This document shows, piece by piece, positions 9,302-19,292 of a DNA stretch of 64,000 nt. The notes below the pieces were generated by a model. It did not search any database, was not told where the DNA came from, and saw only the letters and a list, made by a program, of their open reading frames with translations. Both the position numbers and the translations under genes were made by a program. Position 1 is the stretch's first letter. Each line of letters begins with the position of its first letter. Origin of the DNA: a virus; IMG/VR virus record IMGVR_UViG_3300023184_000046, positions 56,030 to 120,029 of that record, one strand, 5' to 3'.

Positions 9302-10812
9302 ACTTTAAACAATGGTTATTACTAACTGAATCTGTATCAATTTCTCAATCTTTAAAGAAATTTAAAAATAATAAAGATTTCGAAAAAACATATAATATTG
9401 CTTTTAAAAAAATCAGCAGTTTACCTCCTAATGTGCCAGATAAATTAAAAAGAATTTATGTAAATTATTTTGCGTGGAATACTTTCAATGCAAAAGAATT
9501 AACTGGCATGCCAAGTGTAAAGATTATGATTGATGATAAGATAAATAGTAATATAGATGATGTTAAAGATTATTTAGTTGCAAATAAAGACAACAATGTT
9601 TTGACATCTAAATTAAATAACCCTGAGTTTTCATTAGAAGAATTAAAAAAATTAAGTGAAGTTTGGCATGAAGAATTAAAATCTAAAAAATTAACGCCAG
9701 CTAAAGAAGGAGAAACACTTATTGATTTATCTAATTTGGGATCTCAATGGCAAGGATGGAGATGGGTTTCTTTAAACGAAAAATATTGCAACCAAGAAGC
9801 AAATGCTATGGGTCACTGTGGAAATGCTGCATACAAAACAGGAGATAATATACTTTCTCTGAGAGATTCACAAAATGTACCACACCTTACATTTATTGAA
9901 AACAGAGGTGTTTTAGGAGAAATGAAGGGAAGAAATAATTCTAAACCTTCACCTAAATATCATTTGCCAGTTATAGAATTGCTTAAAAGCAATAAAATAC
10001 TATCAGTAAGAGGTGGTGGACATGCCCCAGAGAGTAATTTTTCATTAGATGATTTAATTAACAAAGAAGCTTTATTAAAAATAAAACCAAAGTTAGATTT
10101 TAACATTTATAAAAAAGAATTTATCAATTCCTTGCTGAAGCTTCCTGATAATGAAAAAATTAATGAAATAGAAAACATCTTAGATGAAAGATTTACTTTA
10201 GATGAGCATGAAGATTTTGTTTATAGCAAATTTAAAAGCACTGAAGAATTTTTATCTTGGATGAATAAATTTACTAGTTCGAATATAAAAAGAAACCTTA
10301 ACTTTGGATTTTTAGATGAAATGATGGATCATATAGATATAGATATATCAGGCGAAGAAATAAAAGAAGCAATTGAATATATTGATGAATTTAATTTTGA
10401 AAAAATTAAAAAACTAGCAAAAAATGAAAATGTTTCTTTAGAAGAACCAAAAGATATTCTAGAATTAACAGATTCATCTTTTAAAGATGATATCATGCAG
10501 CACATTACTGATGCTTTAAGAAACACATATGAACAAAGTATGTTAGATGAAATTTGGGATGATTTTAAATCTTCTTTTGAAAGCAATGAAGACAAAAATT
10601 ATTTGCTGAATAGAATCTATCATTCAAATGACATAAGAATTGTTTTAAACAAAAAATTACTAAATGATATTTTAACTAAATTTTCAAGTGAATCAAATAC
10701 TGAAAATTTTCAAAATTTGTTAGAAGAAATAAAATACACTTATTATCCAGCAGATGTTTACCCTAGTTTAAACAAAGAATCTTTTAATGAATATCTAAAA
10801 AGTTTAATTTAA
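9298..10812 (+). CDS. Capsid-targeting-motif protein with PcfJ-like domain
   Basis: MNFKQWLLLTE start. EANAMGHCG...ILSLRD...PHLTF...EMKGRNN resembles PcfJ-like domains. Confidence 0.55.
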   Translation: MNFKQWLLLTESVSISQSLKKFKNNKDFEKTYNIAFKKISSLPPNVPDKLKRIYVNYFAWNTFNAKELTGMPSVKIMIDDKINSNIDDVKDYLVANKDNNVLTSKLNNPEFSLEELKKLSEVWHEELKSKKLTPAKEGETLIDLSNLGSQWQGWRWVSLNEKYCNQEANAMGHCGNAAYKTGDNILSLRDSQNVPHLTFIENRGVLGEMKGRNNSKPSPKYHLPVIELLKSNKILSVRGGGHAPESNFSLDDLINKEALLKIKPKLDFNIYKKEFINSLLKLPDNEKINEIENILDERFTLDEHEDFVYSKFKSTEEFLSWMNKFTSSNIKRNLNFGFLDEMMDHIDIDISGEEIKEAIEYIDEFNFEKIKKLAKNENVSLEEPKDILELTDSSFKDDIMQHITDALRNTYEQSMLDEIWDDFKSSFESNEDKNYLLNRIYHSNDIRIVLNKKLLNDILTKFSSESNTENFQNLLEEIKYTYYPADVYPSLNKESFNEYLKSLI

Positions 10813-10867
10813 ATTAATAAACTATAAACTTTAAGTATAAATATATTACTACCCAAAGGAAGCAATT

Positions 10868-11887
10868 ATGAACATAGCAATACTCGGAGCAATAGACGAA
10901 CCAACTTGGCTTGAAGACATTCAAACTAAATTGATGGCAACTAATAAATTTCAATTAGTTGATATTGTTGATGTTATAGAGTCTACACCAACTCTTTCAA
11001 CTTTGTTGAATTATGACTCGTTATTGGTCTTTAATGATATAGATTACTATGACAATCTAGAATTGGGAAATATAATTGCTGATTACATTGATACTGGAAG
11101 AGGAGTAGTCACTTCGGTTTTTGAAACAGCAGGGGAAATGGGCTATTTGCAAGGAAGATGGAGTAGCGAAGGATACTATGTGATCGACCCATCTGGACAG
11201 GAAGATGGTATTCAATTATATCTTGGAACTGTATTTATTCCATCTCATCCCATCATGGTTGGAGTTACTACATTTGATGGCGGTTCTAGTAGTTATTATG
11301 GATCAGGAAGTCTTTCTCTTTACACTACGCTAATCGCTAATTGGACTAATGGATCACCTCTCATTGCAGAAAAATCAAATAAGGATAATGGCGATCCAAT
11401 AGCTGGCAAATGTGTTGCTTTAAATTTTTACCCGCCTTCTTCAGATGTTAGAGTTGATTTTTGGAATCCTGCTACTGATGGTGCAACAATAATGGCTAAT
11501 GCTTTGGAATACGCAGCAGGAGGAGTAGTAGTAAATTACACAGTTAAATTGACTCCAGATGAAGTTAATATTGGAACCGAAGGGTACTTAGATACTTCTG
11601 TTGTTAATGGTGTATCCAAACAAAGAACTATTGGGCCTGTTGAAACTGTATTTTCTAATGGTGATCGAAAAGTTGTAGGAAACTTAAAAGATGGAGATAA
11701 TTTTGATAATCAAGTACAAAATTTAGCTGACATTATTGGATTGATTGAATTAACTACAACGACAACGACTCCAGAACCTACAACAACTACTACAACTACA
11801 ACACCTGCACCAACTACTTCAACTACCACAACTACCACAACTACTCCTGCACCAACGACTACAACGACAACAACTGTTGCACCATAA
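10868..11887 (+). CDS. Probable virion-associated protein with Thr/Pro-rich tail
   Basis: TATAAATA at 10836-10843 plus AAGGA RBS. Gly/Thr/Asp-rich body and C-terminal TTTTPEP/PAP repeats. Confidence 0.6.
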   Translation: MNIAILGAIDEPTWLEDIQTKLMATNKFQLVDIVDVIESTPTLSTLLNYDSLLVFNDIDYYDNLELGNIIADYIDTGRGVVTSVFETAGEMGYLQGRWSSEGYYVIDPSGQEDGIQLYLGTVFIPSHPIMVGVTTFDGGSSSYYGSGSLSLYTTLIANWTNGSPLIAEKSNKDNGDPIAGKCVALNFYPPSSDVRVDFWNPATDGATIMANALEYAAGGVVVNYTVKLTPDEVNIGTEGYLDTSVVNGVSKQRTIGPVETVFSNGDRKVVGNLKDGDNFDNQVQNLADIIGLIELTTTTTTPEPTTTTTTTTPAPTTSTTTTTTTTPAPTTTTTTTVAP

Positions 11888-11894
11888 ATAAATT

Positions 11895-12416
11895 ATGAAA
11901 TTTAAACTTTGGCTGGAAAATGAATCTAATGATCTTTTAAATTGGTTGAAAAGTAAACCGCAATCAACCTTAACAAAATCTTGGGAAGATGAATCTTCTA
12001 CAGATTATTTGATTACAACTAAATTAAAAGATGATTCATTTATTCATTTTACTTTAAAAGATAGAGCATTGAAAATACTAGAAACTAAAAAAATATTGGC
12101 TAAACCACCACACGAAAGATATTTGTATTTCGGTGCTTATGCTATATCAGTAAACTTTGGATATCTTGTAGAAGATGTACAAATTAATCATGTTAAAGAA
12201 AATGAAACAAAAGAAAACCCAGCAGTTGCTATTAAGTTTAAAACTAATACTTTCCCACATAGAAAAATTGGACACCCAGAAGAGATAAATTGGGATCGAG
12301 ATGTTAGTATTATTGGTGCTGAAATTATTAAAGTTTCAGATGCATTAAATATGCTTAAAAATAATAAACCAAATCTTAAAGAAAACGATGGCTACTCAAT
12401 AGAGTATACAAAGTAA
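11895..12416 (+). CDS. Capsid-targeting-motif protein, possible ADP-ribosyltransferase-like fold
   Basis: MKFKLWLENE start. The H(FT)...Y(AIS)...EE pattern is only weakly suggestive. Confidence 0.4.
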   Translation: MKFKLWLENESNDLLNWLKSKPQSTLTKSWEDESSTDYLITTKLKDDSFIHFTLKDRALKILETKKILAKPPHERYLYFGAYAISVNFGYLVEDVQINHVKENETKENPAVAIKFKTNTFPHRKIGHPEEINWDRDVSIIGAEIIKVSDALNMLKNNKPNLKENDGYSIEYTK

Positions 12417-12419
12417 ACT

Positions 12420-13019
12420 ATGAAATTTAAACTTTGGTTGGAAAATGAAGATTACAGAGGTACACATCAACCTCCAACCAAAGAAGATGCTCCACTTCAT
12501 GATTTAACTAATACTTATCCAGATGATATTTATGGTCCAAATGGTGCAAGATATTATGGGCATGGTGACCCTAATATAGATAACTATACCATTAGTATTA
12601 TTCAATCTGCTAGAAATAAACCAAATATGCAAGTTAAAATTTATAGAGCTATGCCAAAAGTACTTTCTAGTCAAGAAAAAATAAATGATCTGGAAAAACA
12701 AAAAAAGTACATACAAAAAACAGGAAAAATACCTCCTGCTGCTATGGATTATCTTGGCTCTGCTAGTTCTTATTTTAATCCTTCTAAATATTATGAAATT
12801 CTTAACAAGGAATTAGAAAAAATAAACTCTAAACCTCTTGTTGAAAAAGAAAAAATTAAAATAAACTCTGGTGATTGGGTTTCAATAAATAGACAATATG
12901 CAGTCGAACATGGACAAAGCAGCTTAAGAAATAATTACAGGATTTTAACTAAAACTGTTCCAGCTAGAACACTTTTTACTAATGGCGATTCAATCCACGA
13001 ATGGGGTTATAATCCTTAA
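12420..13019 (+). CDS. Capsid-targeting-motif protein, possible ADP-ribosyltransferase-like fold
   Basis: MKFKLWLENE start. IYRA...GDWVS...YAVEHG...HEWGY (R-S-E-like). Confidence 0.45.
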   Translation: MKFKLWLENEDYRGTHQPPTKEDAPLHDLTNTYPDDIYGPNGARYYGHGDPNIDNYTISIIQSARNKPNMQVKIYRAMPKVLSSQEKINDLEKQKKYIQKTGKIPPAAMDYLGSASSYFNPSKYYEILNKELEKINSKPLVEKEKIKINSGDWVSINRQYAVEHGQSSLRNNYRILTKTVPARTLFTNGDSIHEWGYNP

Positions 13020-13063
13020 TTTATAAAAAATTAAATTTTTTGAATTACTATTATAAATAAACT

Positions 13064-13852
13064 ATGGAACTTGAAACTGTTATTTTTACATGTACAACAT
13101 TTTTTGATTTTGAAAATAAAGATAATCAAAACAAATGGAATTGTTTTTGCAATGCTATTGACAGTATTTTAGAAAAACATACACAAGATGATTTAAATAA
13201 AATAAAAAAATGGATAATTGTCAATGAATATTCAGAATCCCCAAAAAGAGATTGGGTAGCTGCTGTTCATGAAAAATATCCATTTATTGAAGTAATTCAA
13301 AAGACTAAAGAAAATATAGGACAAGCCCGTTCACTTAATATTATTCTTGAAAAAATTAAAAAATATACATATTGGATTCATTGGGAAGAATCATGGTATT
13401 GCAAATTACCATGTTTAAATCGCATGTTTGATGTTATGCATAATACTAACATTACGCAATTGCAATGTACGCAGGAGAATGGAATGCCAAGTTGGATTAG
13501 ATCAAATCCTAATCTTCATCCTCTAAGTAAAACTATAAATGGAACTGAATTTTACGAACTTAATCCTAATTCTGCTGAAACATATGAGAATCTTAATAAA
13601 AAAATCTCTGAATTTTACAAAAATTTTAGTTCTTTTATTAATAATTGGCCTCTATATTCATTACGACCTTCTACAAATCGTGTAAGTGGCTATAAATTTG
13701 GAGATTTTTCCACACAACCAGAATATTGGCCGTTTAGGTTTGAATGGGATTTTGGTAGACGATGGCTGTTGGCAGGAAATACAAAAGCAGTACTTCCAGA
13801 TGGACCAATTATGAGAAATGAAGAAAGCCATGTAAGTACATGGTCTGTATAA
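13064..13852 (+). CDS. Glycosyltransferase family 2-like protein
   Basis: WIIVNEYS, GQARSLNII, YWIHWEESW (degenerate DxD region). Confidence 0.55.
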   Translation: MELETVIFTCTTFFDFENKDNQNKWNCFCNAIDSILEKHTQDDLNKIKKWIIVNEYSESPKRDWVAAVHEKYPFIEVIQKTKENIGQARSLNIILEKIKKYTYWIHWEESWYCKLPCLNRMFDVMHNTNITQLQCTQENGMPSWIRSNPNLHPLSKTINGTEFYELNPNSAETYENLNKKISEFYKNFSSFINNWPLYSLRPSTNRVSGYKFGDFSTQPEYWPFRFEWDFGRRWLLAGNTKAVLPDGPIMRNEESHVSTWSV

Positions 13853-13901
13853 TTGTATAGTATTAAAAACTCAAATAATTTTTTAATTGCATAAATAAAC
13901 T

Positions 13902-14735
13902 ATGAACTTCAAACATTGGCTTAATGAAGAAAATACAGATAGTCAATCCAAACTCATGGATAGACTAAAGCACATAAACGATACATCCAATTATAGTGAT
14001 GGATTTGGAAATGATGGAGGAAACCACTTTCTTCTAACTCTATATTCAGCAGCCATGGGATATCCAAAAGGCACTAAAATCGTATCCATTCTCAATAGTA
14101 ATTTAAATTATTGGAAAGATCCTGATGTAAAAAATCTCATGGATAGTCTCGTCAGTGATGGCAAACTAAAAATTATTAATAAAAACGAAAACTTATTTGT
14201 TGGTGAACCAAATGCCGTAAATGCAATAGTTAAAGAATGGGAATATATTAGTAAATTTAAATGGGATAGCGAAAATCCAAGAATGAGTGAAAACCTTAAA
14301 AATGCACATAGAAGAATCGGGGTTTTACTTGGATACAAACCAGATGTAACTGAGGATTTTCTTGTGCATGCTGATAACTTGCACCACAATGTCCCAGAAA
14401 CAATTCTCATCGGCTCTGCTAGGATATACCTCATCGGAAATACTTTGATGATTAATGGGGAAAAGCAAAAATTTAATATAAAAATAACACCAGATCAAGT
14501 TGATATGCTAAAAAATATGGGAACCCTTAGCACTTTACAAAAAGAAAATATTATCGGAATAATGCCTCCTAATAAATCTGATTTTAGTAGTTCTCCAAGA
14601 CCTGCTGGACAGGAATTCATTAACCTTGGGGTTGCAAGAGTACAATTATCCAAGGATTCCATACATTTAAACAAAACAGTGATACCATTAACTAAACAGC
14701 AAGTCCAAGATATAAAAGATATGCTTGAAATATAA
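13902..14735 (+). CDS. Capsid-targeting-motif hypothetical protein
   Basis: MNFKHWLNEE. Internal duplicated C-terminal module (IGSARIYL / LGVARVQL). Confidence 0.65.
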   Translation: MNFKHWLNEENTDSQSKLMDRLKHINDTSNYSDGFGNDGGNHFLLTLYSAAMGYPKGTKIVSILNSNLNYWKDPDVKNLMDSLVSDGKLKIINKNENLFVGEPNAVNAIVKEWEYISKFKWDSENPRMSENLKNAHRRIGVLLGYKPDVTEDFLVHADNLHHNVPETILIGSARIYLIGNTLMINGEKQKFNIKITPDQVDMLKNMGTLSTLQKENIIGIMPPNKSDFSSSPRPAGQEFINLGVARVQLSKDSIHLNKTVIPLTKQQVQDIKDMLEI

Positions 14736-14747
14736 AAATATAACTAA

Positions 14748-15923
14748 TTAAACAACGGTTATTGCCATAGTAACCTCATAACCTGCATCTACACTTATAA
14801 ATCCTTTTTTTGTTCCAAATGCTCTTATTGGATTTAGGTTTCCCTTTTTTTGGAAATCATTACCGAATTTATTATTTCCAAATTGTCCAAAGGTATTAGT
14901 ACCCCAACAAAACAATTGACCAGCTTTTATCGCTGCTGTGTGACTCCATCCACAAGAGACTTGTTTCCAATTTGTTCCATATGTTGTTGTTTGTACTGGT
15001 GATGATTTTGGTTGAAGTCCAGGTTTGCCAGTACCAAGCTGACCATGATCATTATTACCCCAACACCATAATGTTCCGTCTGTCTTTATTGCTGCTGTGT
15101 GCCTATTACCACAAGAAACTTGTTTCCAATTTGTTCCAAATGCAATTGTTTGAACTGGCGAGCTTCTATTTGTTCTTGTGTTATCGCCCAATTGCCCATA
15201 AGGATTTTCTCCCCAACACCATAATGTTCCGTCTGTTTTTATCGCAGCTGTGTGAAGACCACCACAAGATACTTGATTCCAATTTGTTCCAAGTGCTGTT
15301 GTTTGAACTGGTGAGTTTTTGTAACCATTTGTATTGTCGCCAAGTTGACCATCGAAGTTTATTCCCCAACACCATAATGTTCCGTCTGTCTTTATTGCTG
15401 CTGTGTGTGCCCCACCACTAGCAGAAACTTGCTTCCAATTTGTTCCAAAGGTAACTGTTTGAACTGGTGAACTTCTAGAAGAGGTTAAGGTGTTGACAAC
15501 GCCTAATTGACCATAGCCGTTATCACCCCACAACCATAATGTTCCGTCTGTCTTTATTGCTGCTGTATGTGCACCTCCACAAGAAACCTGTTTCCAGTTA
15601 TTACCTCTAGTAATTGTTTGTACTGGTGATGATTTACCAACTACTGTATTATCACCAAGCTTTCCAGTCGTTGTTCTTTTTATTAGTGGTTCATAACCCC
15701 ACAACCATAATGTTCCGTCACTTTTTATACCTGCTGTATGTCCAAATCCACAAGAAACCTGTTTCCAGTTATTACCTCTAGCAATTGTTTGTACTGGTGA
15801 GCTTCTATGTACTATTGTGTTATCTCCAAGTTTTCCATTGTGGTTTGCTTGATCTCCTTTTGGTGGGAAACCACCATCATTTAAACCAGAACCAAATAAA
15901 AAACCGCTAGTATTTAATGTCAT
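14748..15923 (-). CDS. RCC1/BLIP-II beta-propeller repeat protein
   Basis: About 6 repeats of WKQVSCGxxHTAAIKTDGTLWCWGxNxxGQLG. Confidence 0.92.
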   Translation of the reverse strand: MTLNTSGFLFGSGLNDGGFPPKGDQANHNGKLGDNTIVHRSSPVQTIARGNNWKQVSCGFGHTAGIKSDGTLWLWGYEPLIKRTTTGKLGDNTVVGKSSPVQTITRGNNWKQVSCGGAHTAAIKTDGTLWLWGDNGYGQLGVVNTLTSSRSSPVQTVTFGTNWKQVSASGGAHTAAIKTDGTLWCWGINFDGQLGDNTNGYKNSPVQTTALGTNWNQVSCGGLHTAAIKTDGTLWCWGENPYGQLGDNTRTNRSSPVQTIAFGTNWKQVSCGNRHTAAIKTDGTLWCWGNNDHGQLGTGKPGLQPKSSPVQTTTYGTNWKQVSCGWSHTAAIKAGQLFCWGTNTFGQFGNNKFGNDFQKKGNLNPIRAFGTKKGFISVDAGYEVTMAITVV

Positions 15924-15980
15924 AGTTTACTCTTTTCTTTGTTGATATTTTTTAAAAACAACATAATATATATTAATTAT

Positions 15981-16340
15981 TTAATAATTCACAAATACAT
16001 TTTTACCATTTGTTTTTAATGTATCGTAATGCTCGCCATCTATATCCGTTCCTTTTTCATCATACCAATATGGATTTACTCTTGGATTGTAAAATATACA
16101 CTTGCCACTAATATCTGTTGCAGACTCTATCTTTACCCACTCACATTTAATCCAAGAACATACAGTTTTACTACCACCCTTGTAAATCTTATTAGCTGTT
16201 TTTTTACTATTGCACAAAACACAATTATATAAAGTTAACTTTACGGCCATAGGATCAAAATAACTTTTAATACCATCGTCATCTGTTATTTGCCACTTCT
16301 TAAAATTCTTGCCTTTAGCTAAATGAAATCTAATCTTCAT
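15981..16340 (-). CDS. Hypothetical phage protein
   Basis: 119-aa ORF coupled to the upstream gene. Confidence 0.65.
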   Translation of the reverse strand: MKIRFHLAKGKNFKKWQITDDDGIKSYFDPMAVKLTLYNCVLCNSKKTANKIYKGGSKTVCSWIKCEWVKIESATDISGKCIFYNPRVNPYWYDEKGTDIDGEHYDTLKTNGKNVFVNY

Positions 16341-16707
16341 TATTTTTACCTTTGTTTTTTATTAATAACTCGCCTACAACTTCTATTTTACCTACTAACT
16401 TTTGAAAATCAGATTGATCCATCTCAGAAATATTATTCATGTATGAATGAAGCTCAGAACATAACTCCTTGTATTCCTCTTGAAATTTCTTGCGATTAAA
16501 CTTACCTTCTGATGCTTTTTTGTAATATGCTAACTTAACATGAAAATGATCATAAGTCAATAATGCAAGTCCACCTTTTTCTTTTGCATTAGAAGCAATT
16601 TTGCCTGCTCCCTCTTCCCTCTTCTTTGCAAATTCTTCTATTGATAATTCTTCTTGCTCTGTAAGCAAACCAGATAATCTTAACAGTTGTTCGTTTAACT
16701 TATTCAT
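16330..16707 (-). CDS. Hypothetical protein
   Basis: GAGGA RBS. AATAAATA late-type box upstream on the - strand. Confidence 0.65.
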   Translation of the reverse strand: MNKLNEQLLRLSGLLTEQEELSIEEFAKKREEGAGKIASNAKEKGGLALLTYDHFHVKLAYYKKASEGKFNRKKFQEEYKELCSELHSYMNNISEMDQSDFQKLVGKIEVVGELLIKNKGKNNED

Positions 16708-16826
16708 TTGTCCTCTTTTCTTAAAATTTCATCACAATACTATTTATTGCTTTTTCTAAAAAAAAAACGGAACTAATTTGCCTCGCTATTGCATAAATAA
16801 CTTATTGATTTTAAACAAGGAACATT

Positions 16827-17294
16827 ATGAAAACATTTAAAGAATTCTTAAAACAAAAAATTAACGAACAAATGGATATGCAAGAGCCACCAGCTATGGT
16901 TAGCCCATCAAAATACGATAAATACGAAAATTTAAAACAAGAAAAGCTAAAATATTTTAATGAAAAATTTCAAAATGCAAGACCTGATGCTAAAGAAGCT
17001 ATACAATACTGGGTATTTGATAGAGATGTTAGCATGGAAAATTTTAAATCAATAGCTAATCGCATTCAAGATTTAACTGCTAATAATAAATGTAAATTTT
17101 TAACTCTTGATATTGGTGTAGCAATTATATGGTTTGATAAAGAAAAAGGAAAATTTGTAACCTCTTTTGCCCAGTCTGAGTTTGATAAATTTGTAAAATT
17201 ATTAGAAAAAATAATTCCATCATCTCCTGATTCTACTATGCAATCAAATCCTATGCCATCAAATATTGGAGATTATTTGCCTAAGCGGAACTAA
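16827..17294 (+). CDS. Internal-head-protein-like hypothetical protein
   Basis: MKTFKEFL start, nearly identical to the T4 IPI N-terminus. Confidence 0.65.
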   Translation: MKTFKEFLKQKINEQMDMQEPPAMVSPSKYDKYENLKQEKLKYFNEKFQNARPDAKEAIQYWVFDRDVSMENFKSIANRIQDLTANNKCKFLTLDIGVAIIWFDKEKGKFVTSFAQSEFDKFVKLLEKIIPSSPDSTMQSNPMPSNIGDYLPKRN

Positions 17295-17344
17295 TTTGCC
17301 TCGCTATTACATAAATAACTTATTAATTTAAAACAAGGAGTATC

Positions 17345-17554
17345 ATGAGTGAATTTTTAAATTGGCTAGAACAAAAAGATAACATGCTTTTCATCTCTAT
17401 AACAGAAGGAAAGAAAAAACATAAAAAAGATATTACTGGAGATGGCAAATCTGATTTTGCCGATGTTATAAAAGCTAGAGTCTTAGCTAGTGGCAAATCT
17501 GAAAAAGAAGCTCAAGGAATTGCTAAAAAGTATCATAAAAACAATGACAAATAA
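17345..17554 (+). CDS. Small protein with EF-hand/dockerin-like Ca-binding motif
   Basis: DITGDGKSDFAD. MSEFLNWLE leader. AAGGAG RBS. Confidence 0.55.
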   Translation: MSEFLNWLEQKDNMLFISITEGKKKHKKDITGDGKSDFADVIKARVLASGKSEKEAQGIAKKYHKNNDK

Positions 17555-17610
17555 GTAAATATAAACAAAATTATTTGCTGTGAACTTATTAATTAAAAAC
17601 AAGGAATACG

Positions 17611-17868
17611 ATGAAAACAATTAAAGAATATTTAAAAGAAAATAATTTACTTGATTCTAATCATAAATTGTCAACAGATCATAGTTTTAAGGATTTAATT
17701 ATAGATTCAATTCCAACTGATGCACTTAAAAATTTAAATCAATATAATTTAAACCATGGATCTGATCTTAAATATTTATTTAAAAATAAAAATTGGTCTA
17801 TAAATATACCTGATGAACATTGGGAAAATAGTTTTAATTTTCTTAAAAACAATAATTTCATTAAATAA
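17611..17868 (+). CDS. Small capsid-targeting-motif protein
   Basis: MKTIKEYLKE. AAGGA RBS. Confidence 0.6.
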   Translation: MKTIKEYLKENNLLDSNHKLSTDHSFKDLIIDSIPTDALKNLNQYNLNHGSDLKYLFKNKNWSINIPDEHWENSFNFLKNNNFIK

Positions 17869-17907
17869 AAGCGGAACTAATTCGCCTCGCTACCGCATAA
17901 ATAAACT

Positions 17908-18450
17908 ATGAAAACATTTATTGAATATATTAACGAAATAGAAAATAATAAAAGCGGAACTAATTCGCCCTATGATTACAATCATGAATTTAAAAAATGG
18001 ACTGTTTTCCTTGAAAAAAGAGATGCTTGCTATCATAAAGTAAAAAGCAGATACCATGTGTGGCCTTCGGCCTACGGTTCTGGGGCCCTGGTTAAATGTA
18101 GAAAAGTAGGTGCGAAAAATTGGGGCAATTCTAGAAGAAATGAAAATACTGAAACTACTGAATTAAATGAAGATATCTTTAAATCAGAAAAAGAAAAAGG
18201 ATTACGAGGCTGGTTCAATAGAAATAAAGGAAAAGGATGGATAGACTGCAAAGCTAGCAAAAAAGGAAAACTCGTTTCTTGTGGCCGTAAAAAAGCTGGC
18301 AAAGGTACTGAAAGAAAATATCCAGCATGTAGACCAACTTTATCAGCATGTAATAAAACTGGAATTAAAAGAAAAATAAGCAGTAAAGCTATTTCTTGGA
18401 AAAAGAAAATACTTGAAATGATAACATCTAAGATAGAAACAATAGAATAA
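17908..18450 (+). CDS. Basic Cys-containing phage protein (DUF5872-like)
   Basis: DACYHKVKSRYxVWPSAYGSGALVKCR and GLRGWF...CGRK...YPACRP motifs, recalled from T4-like phage proteins. Confidence 0.55.
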   Translation: MKTFIEYINEIENNKSGTNSPYDYNHEFKKWTVFLEKRDACYHKVKSRYHVWPSAYGSGALVKCRKVGAKNWGNSRRNENTETTELNEDIFKSEKEKGLRGWFNRNKGKGWIDCKASKKGKLVSCGRKKAGKGTERKYPACRPTLSACNKTGIKRKISSKAISWKKKILEMITSKIETIE

Positions 18451-18488
18451 AACGGAACTAATTCGCCCCGCTATTGCATAAATACACC

Positions 18489-19292
18489 ATGGATACTTTT
18501 GAAAATGCTACATCTTGGCTTCACCCTAATGGAACTTTCCATCCAATTAAAAAATATGGTAGCCATTCAAACTGGGCTTATCACAATAATAAAAAACTAG
18601 AAGAACTTTTTGCATCTGGATGGATGAGAGTAACTTTTATAGGCGATACTATCTATGTTAGCAATGATCTTTCTGTTCTTCCAACTTTTAAACAAAAAAA
18701 ATCAATAATGGATTTGTCAATAGAAAGTAACGAAAGATTTAAAAAAGCAATCTATGAAAATGGCAAAGGAAAAGAAACTACATTATTCTCATCTTATGAC
18801 TTCTCAGAATCAAATAATCACATCAACTTTAAAAACTGGCTACTACTCTCTGAAACTAGAGAAGGACTTCTACGATACCTTAAAGAAAAATTACCACATG
18901 TTCCTGAATATGTCTTATTTGATTTATTTTATAGAACTATTAAAAATTCTAAACCTGAAGAAATAGAAGAATTTATAGAAACATATAAAGATTATAAATG
19001 GGAACTTAAAACAAATTTTCCTATAAACTACGAAATATTTGATACTAACACTATCCGTAATTTTAAGGAAAGAAAAGGTGGATCAGAAAACCCTTATGGA
19101 GTTCCTAACGATAAACAAAGACATGATAAACAAAAAGAATTAATCGCAATTACAATTCCTAAAGAACCAATCATATTAATAAAAAATGGTACTAAATATT
19201 CACTTGCAGAAGGATGGCATAGAACCATTCAATTATTTGAAAAATATCCAAAAGGATTTGTATACCCACAAGTTTATATAGGTATACCATGA
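18489..19292 (+). CDS. Two-domain protein with C-terminal ParB/Srx-like domain
   Basis: EPIILI...LAEGWHR. Internal INFKNWLLLSE. Start moved to the ATG 4 nt after CATAAATA. Confidence 0.55.
   Translation: MDTFENATSWLHPNGTFHPIKKYGSHSNWAYHNNKKLEELFASGWMRVTFIGDTIYVSNDLSVLPTFKQKKSIMDLSIESNERFKKAIYENGKGKETTLFSSYDFSESNNHINFKNWLLLSETREGLLRYLKEKLPHVPEYVLFDLFYRTIKNSKPEEIEEFIETYKDYKWELKTNFPINYEIFDTNTIRNFKERKGGSENPYGVPNDKQRHDKQKELIAITIPKEPIILIKNGTKYSLAEGWHRTIQLFEKYPKGFVYPQVYIGIP

Larger units (their letters stand above)
16768..18484 (+). repeat. Dispersed 32-bp intergenic element CGGAACTAATT(T/C)GCC(T/C)CGCTA(TT/CC)(G/A)CATAAATA
   Basis: Full copies at 16768-16799, 17286-17317, 17872-17903 and 18453-18484. 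Partial copy at 17955-17972. Confidence 0.9.
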
